Source: an uncultured Acidobacteriota bacterium
Lineage (GTDB): Bacteria; Acidobacteriota; Vicinamibacteria; Vicinamibacterales; CAVVIG01
Assembly (NCBI GenBank): GCA_963755195.1
Contig: CAVWIZ010000008.1
Span: 688,957-752,956, forward strand
Reading direction: 5' to 3'
Length of the DNA stretch: 64,000 bases
In this document: positions 22,909 to 32,415 of the stretch, piece by piece
Numbering within the stretch: the first letter of the stretch is position 1
Layout of the letters: the number at the start of each line of letters is the position of its first letter
Notes under the pieces: generated by a model
What the model was told of the DNA's origin: nothing
Databases searched by the model: none
What the model saw: the letters and a program-made list of their open reading frames with translations, nothing else
Position numbers and translations under genes: made by a program

Positions 22909-23891
22909 CGAACCGTCGGCGATGCCGCCGGCTTCTCCGCCGACCGCTGGGCGCTCAGGATGTTCGGCATCGCGTAGTTGCCTTCGTGGCACGCGTACTC
23001 GAAGACCTGCTGGCTGCGATCCTTCCTGGTCAGCTTCATCGTGAACGTCCACGGCCGCACCCAGGTGTGCGGGGCCTCGAGCGTCACGCTCCAGTCCACC
23101 GCCGTCGCCGACAGCGGCTTGAAACGCTCGGTCATCTTCAGGTCGTCGCTCGCGCCGCGATAGGCGCTGCGCGACGTGAAGTTCGTGGTCTCGACGACCA
23201 GCGTGTCGCCTTCCCAACGGCCGCGGGCGTCGCCGAGATCGAGACGGATGGCCTTGCCGAGGTGCGGACGGCCGTCGAGCGGAATGACGCGCGTTTCGTG
23301 AATCATCTCGTAGCGGATGGCCGCCCAGCCCTGGCCCTGCTCGATCTCATAGTTGCTGCCGTAGCCGGCCGGCATCATCGAGTTCGGAATGCCGCGCGTG
23401 ATGCAGCGATCGTAGAGGCCCATGTCCTCGTAGCTGTCGAACGGGCCGAGCGGGTTGGCGTTCGTGCTGATGCCGCGCTGCGGGCGCCGCAGACGCTCCT
23501 GCCCTTCCGGCGTCAGCGCGGGGATCCTCCCGTCTGGCGGATCGGTCACGAGCCAGACGCGGCTGTTCCGGCGCTGGAATGAATCGAAAATCAGATGAGT
23601 CGGAGGCCGGAGGCCGCCGGCGAATTCCGTGCCCGCGACGCCCGCATTGAACTGCTCGGTGCGCTGCTCGTTGATCTTCTTCAGCTCGGCAGGCGTGATG
23701 TCTTCCATCCGGCGGCCGGCGAATTCAGACGGCCGTTCGAGCGGCGTCCCCGTCTCATCGTCGTTGCTGTAGACACCGCTGAGATCCGGATCGCCCCACG
23801 GCGTGCGAGGCGTCTTGAACGTCTGGGCGGACGTGAGAGCCACGGCGACGAGCGTGAGCAGTGCGGCGGTCACGACAAATCGGTTCAACAT
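22905..23891 (-). CDS. Secreted hypothetical protein (PWGDPDL...EYACHEGN family)
   Basis: Signal peptide; DRCITRG, HETRVIPLDGRPH, GRWEGDTLVVETTNF, FEYACHEGN; GGAG RBS. Confidence 0.75.
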   Translation of the reverse strand: MLNRFVVTAALLTLVAVALTSAQTFKTPRTPWGDPDLSGVYSNDDETGTPLERPSEFAGRRMEDITPAELKKINEQRTEQFNAGVAGTEFAGGLRPPTHLIFDSFQRRNSRVWLVTDPPDGRIPALTPEGQERLRRPQRGISTNANPLGPFDSYEDMGLYDRCITRGIPNSMMPAGYGSNYEIEQGQGWAAIRYEMIHETRVIPLDGRPHLGKAIRLDLGDARGRWEGDTLVVETTNFTSRSAYRGASDDLKMTERFKPLSATAVDWSVTLEAPHTWVRPWTFTMKLTRKDRSQQVFEYACHEGNYAMPNILSAQRSAEKPAASPTVR

Positions 23892-23910
23892 GGCCACTCC
23901 AGGCGGAACA

Positions 23911-24777
23911 CTACGGTTTCATATCCGACAGATCGTACGCCGACACTCTGTTGAGACCCAGGTGAGGAACAACGAGACGGTTGCGGTCCGCAACGAACGC
24001 GATGTCCGCCGGCTGCGCGGCGAGCGTCCTGACGAGACGCACCTCTCCCTTCGAGTTTACGTGAAAGAGCCGTCCGCCGCCGACGTCGCTGACGATGTAC
24101 CCGCCGCGGCCGTCCGCTTCGATGCCGTCCGGCGTGCCGATCGACCCGGTCGTCACCTGCGTCAGCGCCTTCGTGGTCAAGTCGATCGCAAATAGCGACC
24201 CCGGCGTGCCCCCGCCGCCGCGGCCCGGACGGCCGTCCGTCGCGACGATCAGCCTGTTGCCGTCGACGAGCACGCCGTTCGGCAGCTCGAGCTGCGGCGA
24301 CTCCACGAAGACCGAGGCCGCTCCGTGACGGACCACCCACACGCGATTCTGAAACGAGTCCGTGGCGTAGATGGCGCCGTCGGTTCCGGTCGCGACGTCG
24401 TTCAGGAACCTGGCGTCCGCGATCGTGACGCGTGAGCTGATGCGGACGGCCGCGATATCGATACCAACGACTTCGTCGATATCGGCGACATACAGCGTGC
24501 GCTGATGCGCGCGCATCCCCTTGGGCGCATTGAGGCCGCTGATCCATTTCGCGTCGACGAGCTTGCCGTCGAGCGTGAGCTTCGCGATCCGGCCGTTGCC
24601 GTCGCGCGCGGCTGCGTCGCCGCCGATTTGCGAAGAGAAGAGAAATCCTGACGGCGCGTCGAAGTAGACGCTCTCGGGGCTGTCCATGCCTTCGGTGACG
24701 GTCCACACGGGCGCGGCCGGCGTCGGCGCCTGCGCGAGCGCGGCGGCGACAAGAACCGCGGAAAGAACAGCTCTCAT
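23911..24777 (-). CDS. Secreted SMP-30/gluconolactonase-like beta-propeller protein
   Basis: Signal peptide; PESV, LNAPKGM, FLNDVA, PNGV, PDGIE, PADI blade motifs; start overlaps the eboE stop. Confidence 0.75.
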   Translation of the reverse strand: MRAVLSAVLVAAALAQAPTPAAPVWTVTEGMDSPESVYFDAPSGFLFSSQIGGDAAARDGNGRIAKLTLDGKLVDAKWISGLNAPKGMRAHQRTLYVADIDEVVGIDIAAVRISSRVTIADARFLNDVATGTDGAIYATDSFQNRVWVVRHGAASVFVESPQLELPNGVLVDGNRLIVATDGRPGRGGGGTPGSLFAIDLTTKALTQVTTGSIGTPDGIEADGRGGYIVSDVGGGRLFHVNSKGEVRLVRTLAAQPADIAFVADRNRLVVPHLGLNRVSAYDLSDMKP

Positions 24778-25973
24778 CACGCCAGCTGCTCTTTCACCCA
24801 CTCGAGCTCGCGGCAGACGTATTCAACGATGTCGCCCGTCTTCAGGTGATCCGGGAGCACGTCCCAGGTGTAGGTTTCGATTTCGAGCTGGCGCGAGAGC
24901 GGCGTCTTCTTGTGCATGGCGAGCGCCTGCTCGATCGCGAACTGCGTCGACTTGAACGGCCCGAGGTCTTTCAGGAAGATCGGGACGTGGAAGTGCGACC
25001 TCCACTGCCGCGGCGTCTTGTCCTTGTCCCAGCCTTCGAACGCGTCTTCGAGATTCATGAAATGCTCGAGGTGATCCCCGCGACACTCGACCGTCTGCGA
25101 CAGATAGACCGTTTTGGCAAAGTGCTTCAGCGCTTCGATCTTTTCATCGGAGACTTCGCCGATAAACATCGACGCGGCTTCCTGAAGCTTCACGATCGGG
25201 ATCCCCGCGTCGACCAGCTTCTGCAGCGACACCGGGATGTCTTCGAAGCCGACGGCCTGATGGCCGATGTCGAACACGACGCCCAGATGGCGGCGTAGTG
25301 CGGCAATCGCCGTGTCCATCGGAATGTTGGCCAATTTGCTCAGGCGCGCCGCGGCTTTGCCGGTGTAGAGGTGCTCGCGGAAATAGGCGATCGTCTCGTC
25401 GGTCGTCTCCAGGTGGCAGCGCGGCTCCGGCTCGAGGCCGAGTGTAATGAGCTTCCCCGTCTCCCGCTCAAGCTCCACAAGATGGGCGCAGACGCGGATC
25501 ACGTTCTCGGTGAACTTGTCGACAACGTCCTGTCCGGTGACCCTCGGCTTGAAGCCGAGCGGCGCGGTCTGAATCGACGGCGCGATGTGCGGGGGACAAA
25601 TGTCCGCGAGGATGTCCGCGACGTTGCACGTGTACACGGTCCGCTCCTCGGACCGCCAGTCCGGCTCGTAGACCTTCTCCTTGACGATCGTGTTCTTGAA
25701 CGCGCCGTAGACAAACGCGTTGGCCGTGTAGACGTACATGTCGTTGTCGTTGAGGAACGACTTGAGCTTCTGGCGCTCCGCCTTGCTGCCGGCCAGGGTG
25801 GCCACGGTGGGCGCGGACAGCCGAATGCACACGCCGAAGGGTTGATTCGGCGAGATGCGCTTCTTGACCTGCGGCAGATACGTCTGCAGGCTGTTCCATA
25901 GCTGATCCCAATCGTCCGCGGGGTGAACGAGGGTGGAGTACGTGAGATGACCGAGGCCGTGTCCGAGGTCCAT
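24777..25973 (-). CDS. eboE: EboE-family TIM-barrel (xylose isomerase-like) protein
   Basis: HLTYSTLVHP, VKEKVYEPDW, LGLEPEP, DIGHQAVGFE, WRSHFHVPIF, LEIETYTWDVLP motifs characteristic of EboE. Confidence 0.85.
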   Translation of the reverse strand: MDLGHGLGHLTYSTLVHPADDWDQLWNSLQTYLPQVKKRISPNQPFGVCIRLSAPTVATLAGSKAERQKLKSFLNDNDMYVYTANAFVYGAFKNTIVKEKVYEPDWRSEERTVYTCNVADILADICPPHIAPSIQTAPLGFKPRVTGQDVVDKFTENVIRVCAHLVELERETGKLITLGLEPEPRCHLETTDETIAYFREHLYTGKAAARLSKLANIPMDTAIAALRRHLGVVFDIGHQAVGFEDIPVSLQKLVDAGIPIVKLQEAASMFIGEVSDEKIEALKHFAKTVYLSQTVECRGDHLEHFMNLEDAFEGWDKDKTPRQWRSHFHVPIFLKDLGPFKSTQFAIEQALAMHKKTPLSRQLEIETYTWDVLPDHLKTGDIVEYVCRELEWVKEQLA

Positions 25974-25997
25974 GTGATGGAGCTCCAAAGTGAAACG

Positions 25998-27023
25998 TCA
26001 AGTTATCTGTTCAATCTTCCCCGTCGCCGCGGATCGCACCACGGCTTCAGTGACAGCGGCGCCGTGAATCATTTCATCGAGCGGAATCGGGAAGGCGGGG
26101 CCGCCGCTCGCGGCCCGGCCGAACGCCTCGAGACACGCGCGCGTGACGTCGAGCCTGTCCGCTTCCCAGACCCGGGCGTCGCCTTTGATCGGCTGAAACT
26201 TGCACGTGCCGAACAGCCGCGTCCGGCGTTCTTCGGACGACGCGCCCGCGACGTGCGTCATGCCTTCGAGCCGCACCGAGCCCTTCGACCCGAACACCTG
26301 GAAGCTGAAGCCCGGGCCTGTCGCCGTCATCGTGCCGAGATACCCAGACATCCCGTCCTTCATCCGGAAGAGCATCGAGGTCGTGTCGTCGCTGTCCACC
26401 TGCACCACGCGGCGGAAGCTCTGGCAGTAGACCTGCGAGATGGGACCGCAGAGATCGATCATGCCGTCGATGGCGTGGACGCCCATCGGCGTCAGCGCGC
26501 CGCACGGTGTTTCGTGCTTGTCTGCGCGCCAGGCGTCCGGCTTGAGCGCGAGCCCATTGGGAAACGTCATCGTCGCCTCCACGTGAAGAATCGTCCCGAG
26601 CTCGCCCGTCTCGACCTGCTGGCGGAGCTTCGTCATCTCGGGATGGAACCGCCGGTTGTAGCCGAGGCCGAGCGTGACACCGGCCTGCCTGGCCGCCGCG
26701 ACGGAGGTTTCGGCATCCGCCTTCGTCAGCGCGAACGGCTTCTCGCAGAACACATGCTTGCCGGCCTTCGCGGCCGCGATGACTTCCTGCGTGTGGAGCG
26801 AGTGGGGCGTCGCGAGCACGACCGCCTGCACCGACGGATCGGCCAGCACCTGCTCGTAGTTCCCGTGCAGCGTGAGCTTCTGGGCGTCGGCGAACGCCTT
26901 CAGCTCAGGCGAGATCGTGCGCGACGTGCCGGCGACGAACCGAAGGTCGCCGCTCACGCCCTGCACCGACTCGACCAGCGTCTTGCCCCACCACCCCATC
27001 CCGACAATCGCCGCTTTGATCAT
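25998..27023 (-). CDS. Gfo/Idh/MocA family oxidoreductase
   Basis: VGMGWWG, ATPHSLH, KHVFCEKP, GYNRRF, GVHAID. Confidence 0.9.
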   Translation of the reverse strand: MIKAAIVGMGWWGKTLVESVQGVSGDLRFVAGTSRTISPELKAFADAQKLTLHGNYEQVLADPSVQAVVLATPHSLHTQEVIAAAKAGKHVFCEKPFALTKADAETSVAAARQAGVTLGLGYNRRFHPEMTKLRQQVETGELGTILHVEATMTFPNGLALKPDAWRADKHETPCGALTPMGVHAIDGMIDLCGPISQVYCQSFRRVVQVDSDDTTSMLFRMKDGMSGYLGTMTATGPGFSFQVFGSKGSVRLEGMTHVAGASSEERRTRLFGTCKFQPIKGDARVWEADRLDVTRACLEAFGRAASGGPAFPIPLDEMIHGAAVTEAVVRSAATGKIEQIT

Positions 27024-27046
27024 CCCTAACCCCTAGCCCCTAACCT

Positions 27047-28228
27047 CTACGTGGTGCGTATGAGCGACATCCGCGGATCGGCCGCCAGGCTCTCGGTGTA
27101 GGGAATCCCGAGTTCCTTCTTGACGACATTCACGCCCTGCACGAGCGCCACCATCTTGTAGAAGGCGTGGCGGCGGCTCATGCCTTCGCGGCCCATGCCG
27201 CAGTCGGACGAGAGGACCAGCCGTTCTGCCGGGATCACCTTGAGGGCGTCGCGCACGAGCGTCGCGACCTCCTCGGGCGACTCCACCTGCAGTGTGTGAT
27301 GGTCGATCGCGCCGATGCCGACCTTCATCTTGGTGATGTGCTTGCCGACATCCGCCAAGTCCGCGCAGTTGCTGCTCTTCATCTCGAACGTGATGACGTC
27401 CGCGTCCACCTGGTTGAGGAGTTCCAAGGCCGGCTTGTACGTCTGGACCGCCGAGAACATGCGCTGCTGCGACGGGTTGCCCCAGCACGTGTGGCACCAG
27501 ACTTCGGTCTTCGCGCGGAGACCTTTGACGGTGTTGTTGAACACCTTCAGCATGAACTCGGGGTTGATGACCGGGTCTTTGTAGCCCCGCGCCGCGAGCA
27601 GATGAATCTGCGGCTCCTCCATCTGGATCACCTGGCAGCCGGCATCGGCGAGGTCGTGCAGTTCCTGGTTGAACGCTTCGCTCATCGCCATGATCCGCGA
27701 CGGGAGGTCCTTGTAGTGCTCGTCCTGTACCGCAAACGCCACGAGCTCGGGCGTGACGGTGCCGAACTTGACGGGCTTCGTGGTGAGGCGCTGCGCCGCT
27801 TTGAAGATCTCCGCGTATTGCATTTCGCCGGGGCCAATCGGCCCGACGATCTTCGGCATCACGCGCGCTTCGAGGTAATCGTGGAGAATGTGCCCGCGCG
27901 GAAACCCGATGCCGCCCGCGCCGACCCGCGCCAGTTTCGGATGCGTCGCGTCGAATCCGGACATGTGGTGCGGCGGATAGCTCGTCCAGCTCTGGCCGCC
28001 GACGTCCTGGTCGAACCGGCAGTCGCCGTCGGTCACGATGTCGAGGCCCGCAACCTCCTGTTCGCGCAGGTAGACCGAGAGCGCGTCCACGTATTGCTCG
28101 CGGAACCGGCTGATGACCATCGCGTCGAGAAACGACTTGAGGCCGAGATTTTCGGTGTACCAGCTCGGGCGCGGCAGCGAACCCGTCACGGTCGTCGGCA
28201 TCACGGTGCCGGCAGTAGCTTTCAGCAT
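27047..28228 (-). CDS. Cobalamin-independent methionine synthase II-like (MetE C-terminal fold) Zn enzyme
   Basis: TTVTGSLPRP, GLDIVTDGD, IQMEEP, HTCWGN (HxC), SSDCG (Cys ligand); 393 aa, catalytic domain only. Confidence 0.85.
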   Translation of the reverse strand: MLKATAGTVMPTTVTGSLPRPSWYTENLGLKSFLDAMVISRFREQYVDALSVYLREQEVAGLDIVTDGDCRFDQDVGGQSWTSYPPHHMSGFDATHPKLARVGAGGIGFPRGHILHDYLEARVMPKIVGPIGPGEMQYAEIFKAAQRLTTKPVKFGTVTPELVAFAVQDEHYKDLPSRIMAMSEAFNQELHDLADAGCQVIQMEEPQIHLLAARGYKDPVINPEFMLKVFNNTVKGLRAKTEVWCHTCWGNPSQQRMFSAVQTYKPALELLNQVDADVITFEMKSSNCADLADVGKHITKMKVGIGAIDHHTLQVESPEEVATLVRDALKVIPAERLVLSSDCGMGREGMSRRHAFYKMVALVQGVNVVKKELGIPYTESLAADPRMSLIRTT

Positions 28229-28360
28229 GATTGAACACCCCTCTGGAATCGTAGTCGCATGGACAACATACGATCATGTCACGCGGAAATGTACAGTGTC
28301 AATGCACACGCCGCGTCCCGAGAGCACTTCCTCAGAGTTTCTGTAATAATCCGTGACCTG

Positions 28361-29035
28361 ATGGCGACAAAAGGGCGCAAGCCCGAACGGGACAGCAACA
28401 AGTCCGCCGCCAGCCGGGCCAAGGCCGCGAGCGGCATCGGTCCCAGGTTGCGACAGGCACGCGAGCAAAAGAAGATGTCGGTCCGGGGATTGGCTCGCTA
28501 TGTCGGCGTCTCGCCGAGTCTAGTGTCGCAGATCGAGCGCGGCCGTGTCATGCCGTCCGTCGGAACGCTCTATGCGATCGCGAACGAGCTTGGCCTGGTC
28601 GTCGACGACCTCTTCACCGGCACGCAGCCACGCAGCAAGGGCCGCGAGCGGGTCGAGACGGCCGCCGATATCCAGAATCCCGTGCTGAAGATCGGGCAAC
28701 GCAAACGAATCCGCCTCGCCGATGGCGTGCAGTGGGAACGTCTGACGCCGACGCCTGACCAGGACGTCGAATTCCTGGTGGTGTCCTATAACATCGGCGC
28801 CGAATCGTGTGCGAAGGACGCGTTGATCCGCCACGGCGGCAAGGAGTACACGTTCATGATTCGAGGCCGGCTCGGGATCAAGATCGGCTTCGAGGAATTC
28901 GAGCTCGGCCCTGGAGATTCCATCGCGTTTGACGCGCAGATGCCCCATCGCCTCTGGACCATCGGCCAGGAACCGGCCGAAGCCATCTGGGTGGTCCTCA
29001 ATCGTCACGGCGACAATCGCGTTCAGCCGTCCTGA
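28361..29035 (+). CDS. XRE-family HTH regulator with C-terminal cupin domain
   Basis: GPRLRQAR...VSPSLVSQIERG...PSVGTL (HTH_3); HGGKE...LGPGDSIAFDAQMPHR (cupin). Confidence 0.9.
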   Translation: MATKGRKPERDSNKSAASRAKAASGIGPRLRQAREQKKMSVRGLARYVGVSPSLVSQIERGRVMPSVGTLYAIANELGLVVDDLFTGTQPRSKGRERVETAADIQNPVLKIGQRKRIRLADGVQWERLTPTPDQDVEFLVVSYNIGAESCAKDALIRHGGKEYTFMIRGRLGIKIGFEEFELGPGDSIAFDAQMPHRLWTIGQEPAEAIWVVLNRHGDNRVQPS

Positions 29036-29052
29036 CATCGTTCGGGTGCAAC

Positions 29053-29085
29053 AAAAAGGCCCGCCCTCTTGCGAGAGCGGGCCTT
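29053..29085 (-). terminator. Rho-independent terminator for the third TBDR (possibly bidirectional)
   Basis: aaaaaggcccgccctct-tgcg-agagcgggcctt hairpin with a U-tract on the minus strand, between convergent genes. Confidence 0.7.
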
Positions 29086-29139
29086 CAGAAGAACCGAAAA
29101 GTTTGACGCTACCGGCTCGTTGACGCCGGTCTTTCCAAT

Positions 29140-32100
29140 TTAGAAATCGTATCGAACCGCAAACTTCACGAACCTCGGCTGGATGACGGTCAGCGGCAGC
29201 CGCCAGACCGGGCCGAACGATCCGAGTTCCGCGATCACCGCGTCCGAGTTGAACGCGTTATAGAGGTCGAGGTTCAGATCGAACTTTCCCTTCCCGACAT
29301 TCAGGACCTTCGTGAACCGCAGATCGATCTGGTTGAGCCGGTCGCCCCACATCGTGCCGGGCTGGATCAGGTTCACGTTGGCCTGAGCGTTGGTGAACTG
29401 CCGCGGCAGGTCCGTCGTCGCCAGCCGGTTCCCGTTGTTGTAGATGTTGGTCGCCGGGACCTGCGGGCCGGGCAGGCTCTGGAACGTACCGGCCACGCGG
29501 ATGCCCCACCACGGCGTGAGATAGCTGGCGAGGCCCTTGTAGAGCGGTTGAACCGGCGTCTCCTGGTGACAGAAGGATTGCGAACTGAGCGAGCCGAGCG
29601 GCGCAATGGGCGCCTGGACTCCGGCCGGTAACGCCGCCGGAATCGACAGCACCTCTGGCACGGCAGCGACGATCGCGCAGTTGTCCGTCATCCCCTTGCC
29701 GGCGCTGACGCCGCCCTGGAGGAGCAGACCGTTCCGCAGCCGCGCGTCCACGCTCACATCGAAGCCGTCCCAGTGCTGGAACACAGCGCCGAAGGTGTCG
29801 GCGCTCTTCATGACGTTCTTGGGCGCGACGACGAAGTTGGGATCGTAGAGGCCACCGATCTTCTGTCCGGCGTTCGGGAGCGTGAAGCCATTGCCGGTGT
29901 TGCTGGGCACCGTCACCGAGAACTGCGTGAAGTCGCTCGCGGCGAGCGCCTCGTTGTCCAGCACGTTGAAGTTGCCGCCGATCCGCCTGAAGTATCCGAT
30001 GTTGGCGGAGATACGCGGCGCAATCTGCTGCTGGACGCCGACCGAGAACTCCCAGTTGTAGGGCCGCACACCCCACCCCTGCATGATGGCCGGGGAGTAC
30101 ACCGTGCCCGGCACCGCCGTGCCGAACGTCGGAACGAGCCACTGCCCGCACTCGCCGTTCGCGGTGCTGATCGTCAGGTTGCAGTCCGGCACGAAGTTGC
30201 CCGTACGCGGATCTCCAGCACCGAAGAGCGAGTCGCTCCAGGAGCGGTTGGTCTGCGTCGAGATCGTCGAAGCCGGGTTGTTGGCTTGGGCGTAGCGGAT
30301 CGAGTCCTGCTCGACCCCACGGCTGATGCTCGCCTTGATGGCCGTCTTGCCGTCGCCGAGCAGATCGTACGCCGCGGAGACGCGCGGATCGAAGTCCTTC
30401 CAGTTCGGCACGTTCTCGACCGCCGCAAAGGAGGTGTTTCGATTTGGCGCCCACTTGTGCGGTGCCGCCGTGAACGGCTCGGTGGACTCGTTCTGGAAAT
30501 CGAGTCGGATGCCGCCGCTCAGCGTCAGCCGGTTTATCGTCCATCGATCCTGCGCGTAGATGCCCAGGTTGTGGTTGAGATTCATCTGCCACCCATAGAC
30601 CGGCGCCTGGACCGTGACGAATGCCGGCGCGCCCGCCGTGGTGGTGTACCAGATGCCGCCGGTGGAGTCGTTGTTGTCACCGCGCCAGAAATGGCCGCGC
30701 TGCAAGTCGAAGCCGACCTTGGCGTTGTGAGAGCCGGTGACGTAGCTCATCGAGCCAGTGAACGATTGCGACGGCAGGCGGTCGTCGTTATTCGCTCCCG
30801 TCGGCGCGCGGTAGAAGAAGTTGCCGGCCGTCTGCTCCGTAATCGAGATGCAGGCGGGGGCCAGCGAACCCTGCGACGGGCACTGGCCAACCAGTTCACG
30901 ATTCAAGTCGATCGTATCCGGGCTCTCGCCCGCCATCACGCCCACCTCGAACAGCACCTTGTTGGTCGCGGCATAGGTCCACTTCGTCGTGGACAGCTGC
31001 GTGTGCCACGTCGTGATACGTGCCGCTTCAGGCGACGCGGCGAAGATCTGGAGGAGCCAGTGCGGATCGACCTTGTACTGATAGGCGTACCAGCTCGAGA
31101 TCTTCTGCTTGTCAGAGATCGCCCACGTGATCCGCCCGTTGTTATCGTACGTGTAGGTGCCCGCGTACCCCTGCTTCGAGAGGTCGTTGGTCCGAGTGAT
31201 CGCAGTTACGTCGGTCGGGTAATAGCGCGACGCGAGGTAGTACTCGTTCGTGAAGTAGCGCGACGTCGCGTAGAACCACAGCTTGTCCTGCTTGATGGGA
31301 CCGCCGAAGGCGCCGTTGAGGTCGTACAGCGTCTTGAGCGTCGACGACGCCGTCTGGACGCCCCGCGCCTTGAGGTTGTCCGTCACGTTCGAGGCCTGGA
31401 GCTTCGGACCCGAACCGTTCACGAGGAACGAGCCGCTGAACCGGTTGCCGCCCGACCGCGGAATCGCGTTCATGATCACGCCGTTGGTGCCGGTCTCCGC
31501 CATCTGACCGGACATCTGCACGTTCACCTCGTCGAACAGCAGCGGTGACAGGCTCATGTTGGTCAGGTTGGAGCTGATGTACATGTTGCCGATCCGCATG
31601 CCGTCGATGAGCGACACGCCATCTCCGGGGTTGTTGCCATGCGCGGAAACCTGGGCGCCGGTCTGGTCGCCGAGGACGCCGCCAACGTCGGTGTTCGATG
31701 CCCGGACGGCAGGCACGAGCGCCGCCATCTGGATCCACGACCCGCCGGAGGGGAGCTCCTTGAACGCCTGAGCCGTCATCGTCCGAGTCTGAGCGGCAGA
31801 TTGAATATCGACGACCGGCGTTTCGCCCGTAATGGTGATGGTTTCGGCCAGGGCGCCCACTTTCAGCTCGGCGTTCACCTGGGCGTTGACCGCGACCGAC
31901 ACTTCCACGCCTTCCTGCCGGACCGTGCTGAAGCCCGCCAGGGTGAACGTGGCGGAGTAGATGCCGGGCGGGAGGTTCACGATTCGATACTGCCCCGCGC
32001 CGTCAGTGACGGCGGTGCGCAGCTTTTCGATGAGCGCCGGACTTGCAACCTCGACGCTCACGCCGGGCAGCACCGCGCCGGATGGATCCTTTGCGACGCC

Positions 32101-32190
32101 GGCAATCGTGCCGAGGGTTTGTGCCGGGCTCGTCACGGCGAACGCCAGCAACATCAAGATGGCCAACCCGACTCTAGTCTTCAGGCGCAT
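29140..32190 (-). CDS. TonB-dependent receptor, Oar-like (intact)
   Basis: Uninterrupted ORF; signal peptide MRLKTRVG..., GGPIKQDKLWFY, QDRWTINRLTLSGGIRLD, C-terminal PRFVKFAVRYDF. Confidence 0.9.
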   Translation of the reverse strand: MRLKTRVGLAILMLLAFAVTSPAQTLGTIAGVAKDPSGAVLPGVSVEVASPALIEKLRTAVTDGAGQYRIVNLPPGIYSATFTLAGFSTVRQEGVEVSVAVNAQVNAELKVGALAETITITGETPVVDIQSAAQTRTMTAQAFKELPSGGSWIQMAALVPAVRASNTDVGGVLGDQTGAQVSAHGNNPGDGVSLIDGMRIGNMYISSNLTNMSLSPLLFDEVNVQMSGQMAETGTNGVIMNAIPRSGGNRFSGSFLVNGSGPKLQASNVTDNLKARGVQTASSTLKTLYDLNGAFGGPIKQDKLWFYATSRYFTNEYYLASRYYPTDVTAITRTNDLSKQGYAGTYTYDNNGRITWAISDKQKISSWYAYQYKVDPHWLLQIFAASPEAARITTWHTQLSTTKWTYAATNKVLFEVGVMAGESPDTIDLNRELVGQCPSQGSLAPACISITEQTAGNFFYRAPTGANNDDRLPSQSFTGSMSYVTGSHNAKVGFDLQRGHFWRGDNNDSTGGIWYTTTAGAPAFVTVQAPVYGWQMNLNHNLGIYAQDRWTINRLTLSGGIRLDFQNESTEPFTAAPHKWAPNRNTSFAAVENVPNWKDFDPRVSAAYDLLGDGKTAIKASISRGVEQDSIRYAQANNPASTISTQTNRSWSDSLFGAGDPRTGNFVPDCNLTISTANGECGQWLVPTFGTAVPGTVYSPAIMQGWGVRPYNWEFSVGVQQQIAPRISANIGYFRRIGGNFNVLDNEALAASDFTQFSVTVPSNTGNGFTLPNAGQKIGGLYDPNFVVAPKNVMKSADTFGAVFQHWDGFDVSVDARLRNGLLLQGGVSAGKGMTDNCAIVAAVPEVLSIPAALPAGVQAPIAPLGSLSSQSFCHQETPVQPLYKGLASYLTPWWGIRVAGTFQSLPGPQVPATNIYNNGNRLATTDLPRQFTNAQANVNLIQPGTMWGDRLNQIDLRFTKVLNVGKGKFDLNLDLYNAFNSDAVIAELGSFGPVWRLPLTVIQPRFVKFAVRYDF

Positions 32191-32415
32191 GGGCTTCTTC
32201 CCCCTGTTTGTGGGACGGAAAACACGACAATGTGTAGTTTCACGAAACACTAGCGCATCAGGTGTTCAGCGTCAATACGGTTCAGGGCCTAATTTCGGGT
32301 CTTGAAATCGCAGAACAAGGATTTGGATTTCGCCGCCTTAGACAGCCCGCTTGACGGCACGTTCAGCCGCCATTAACATCTGGCCCGGTTCTCCAACACC
32401 TTACAAGCAGGCCCG

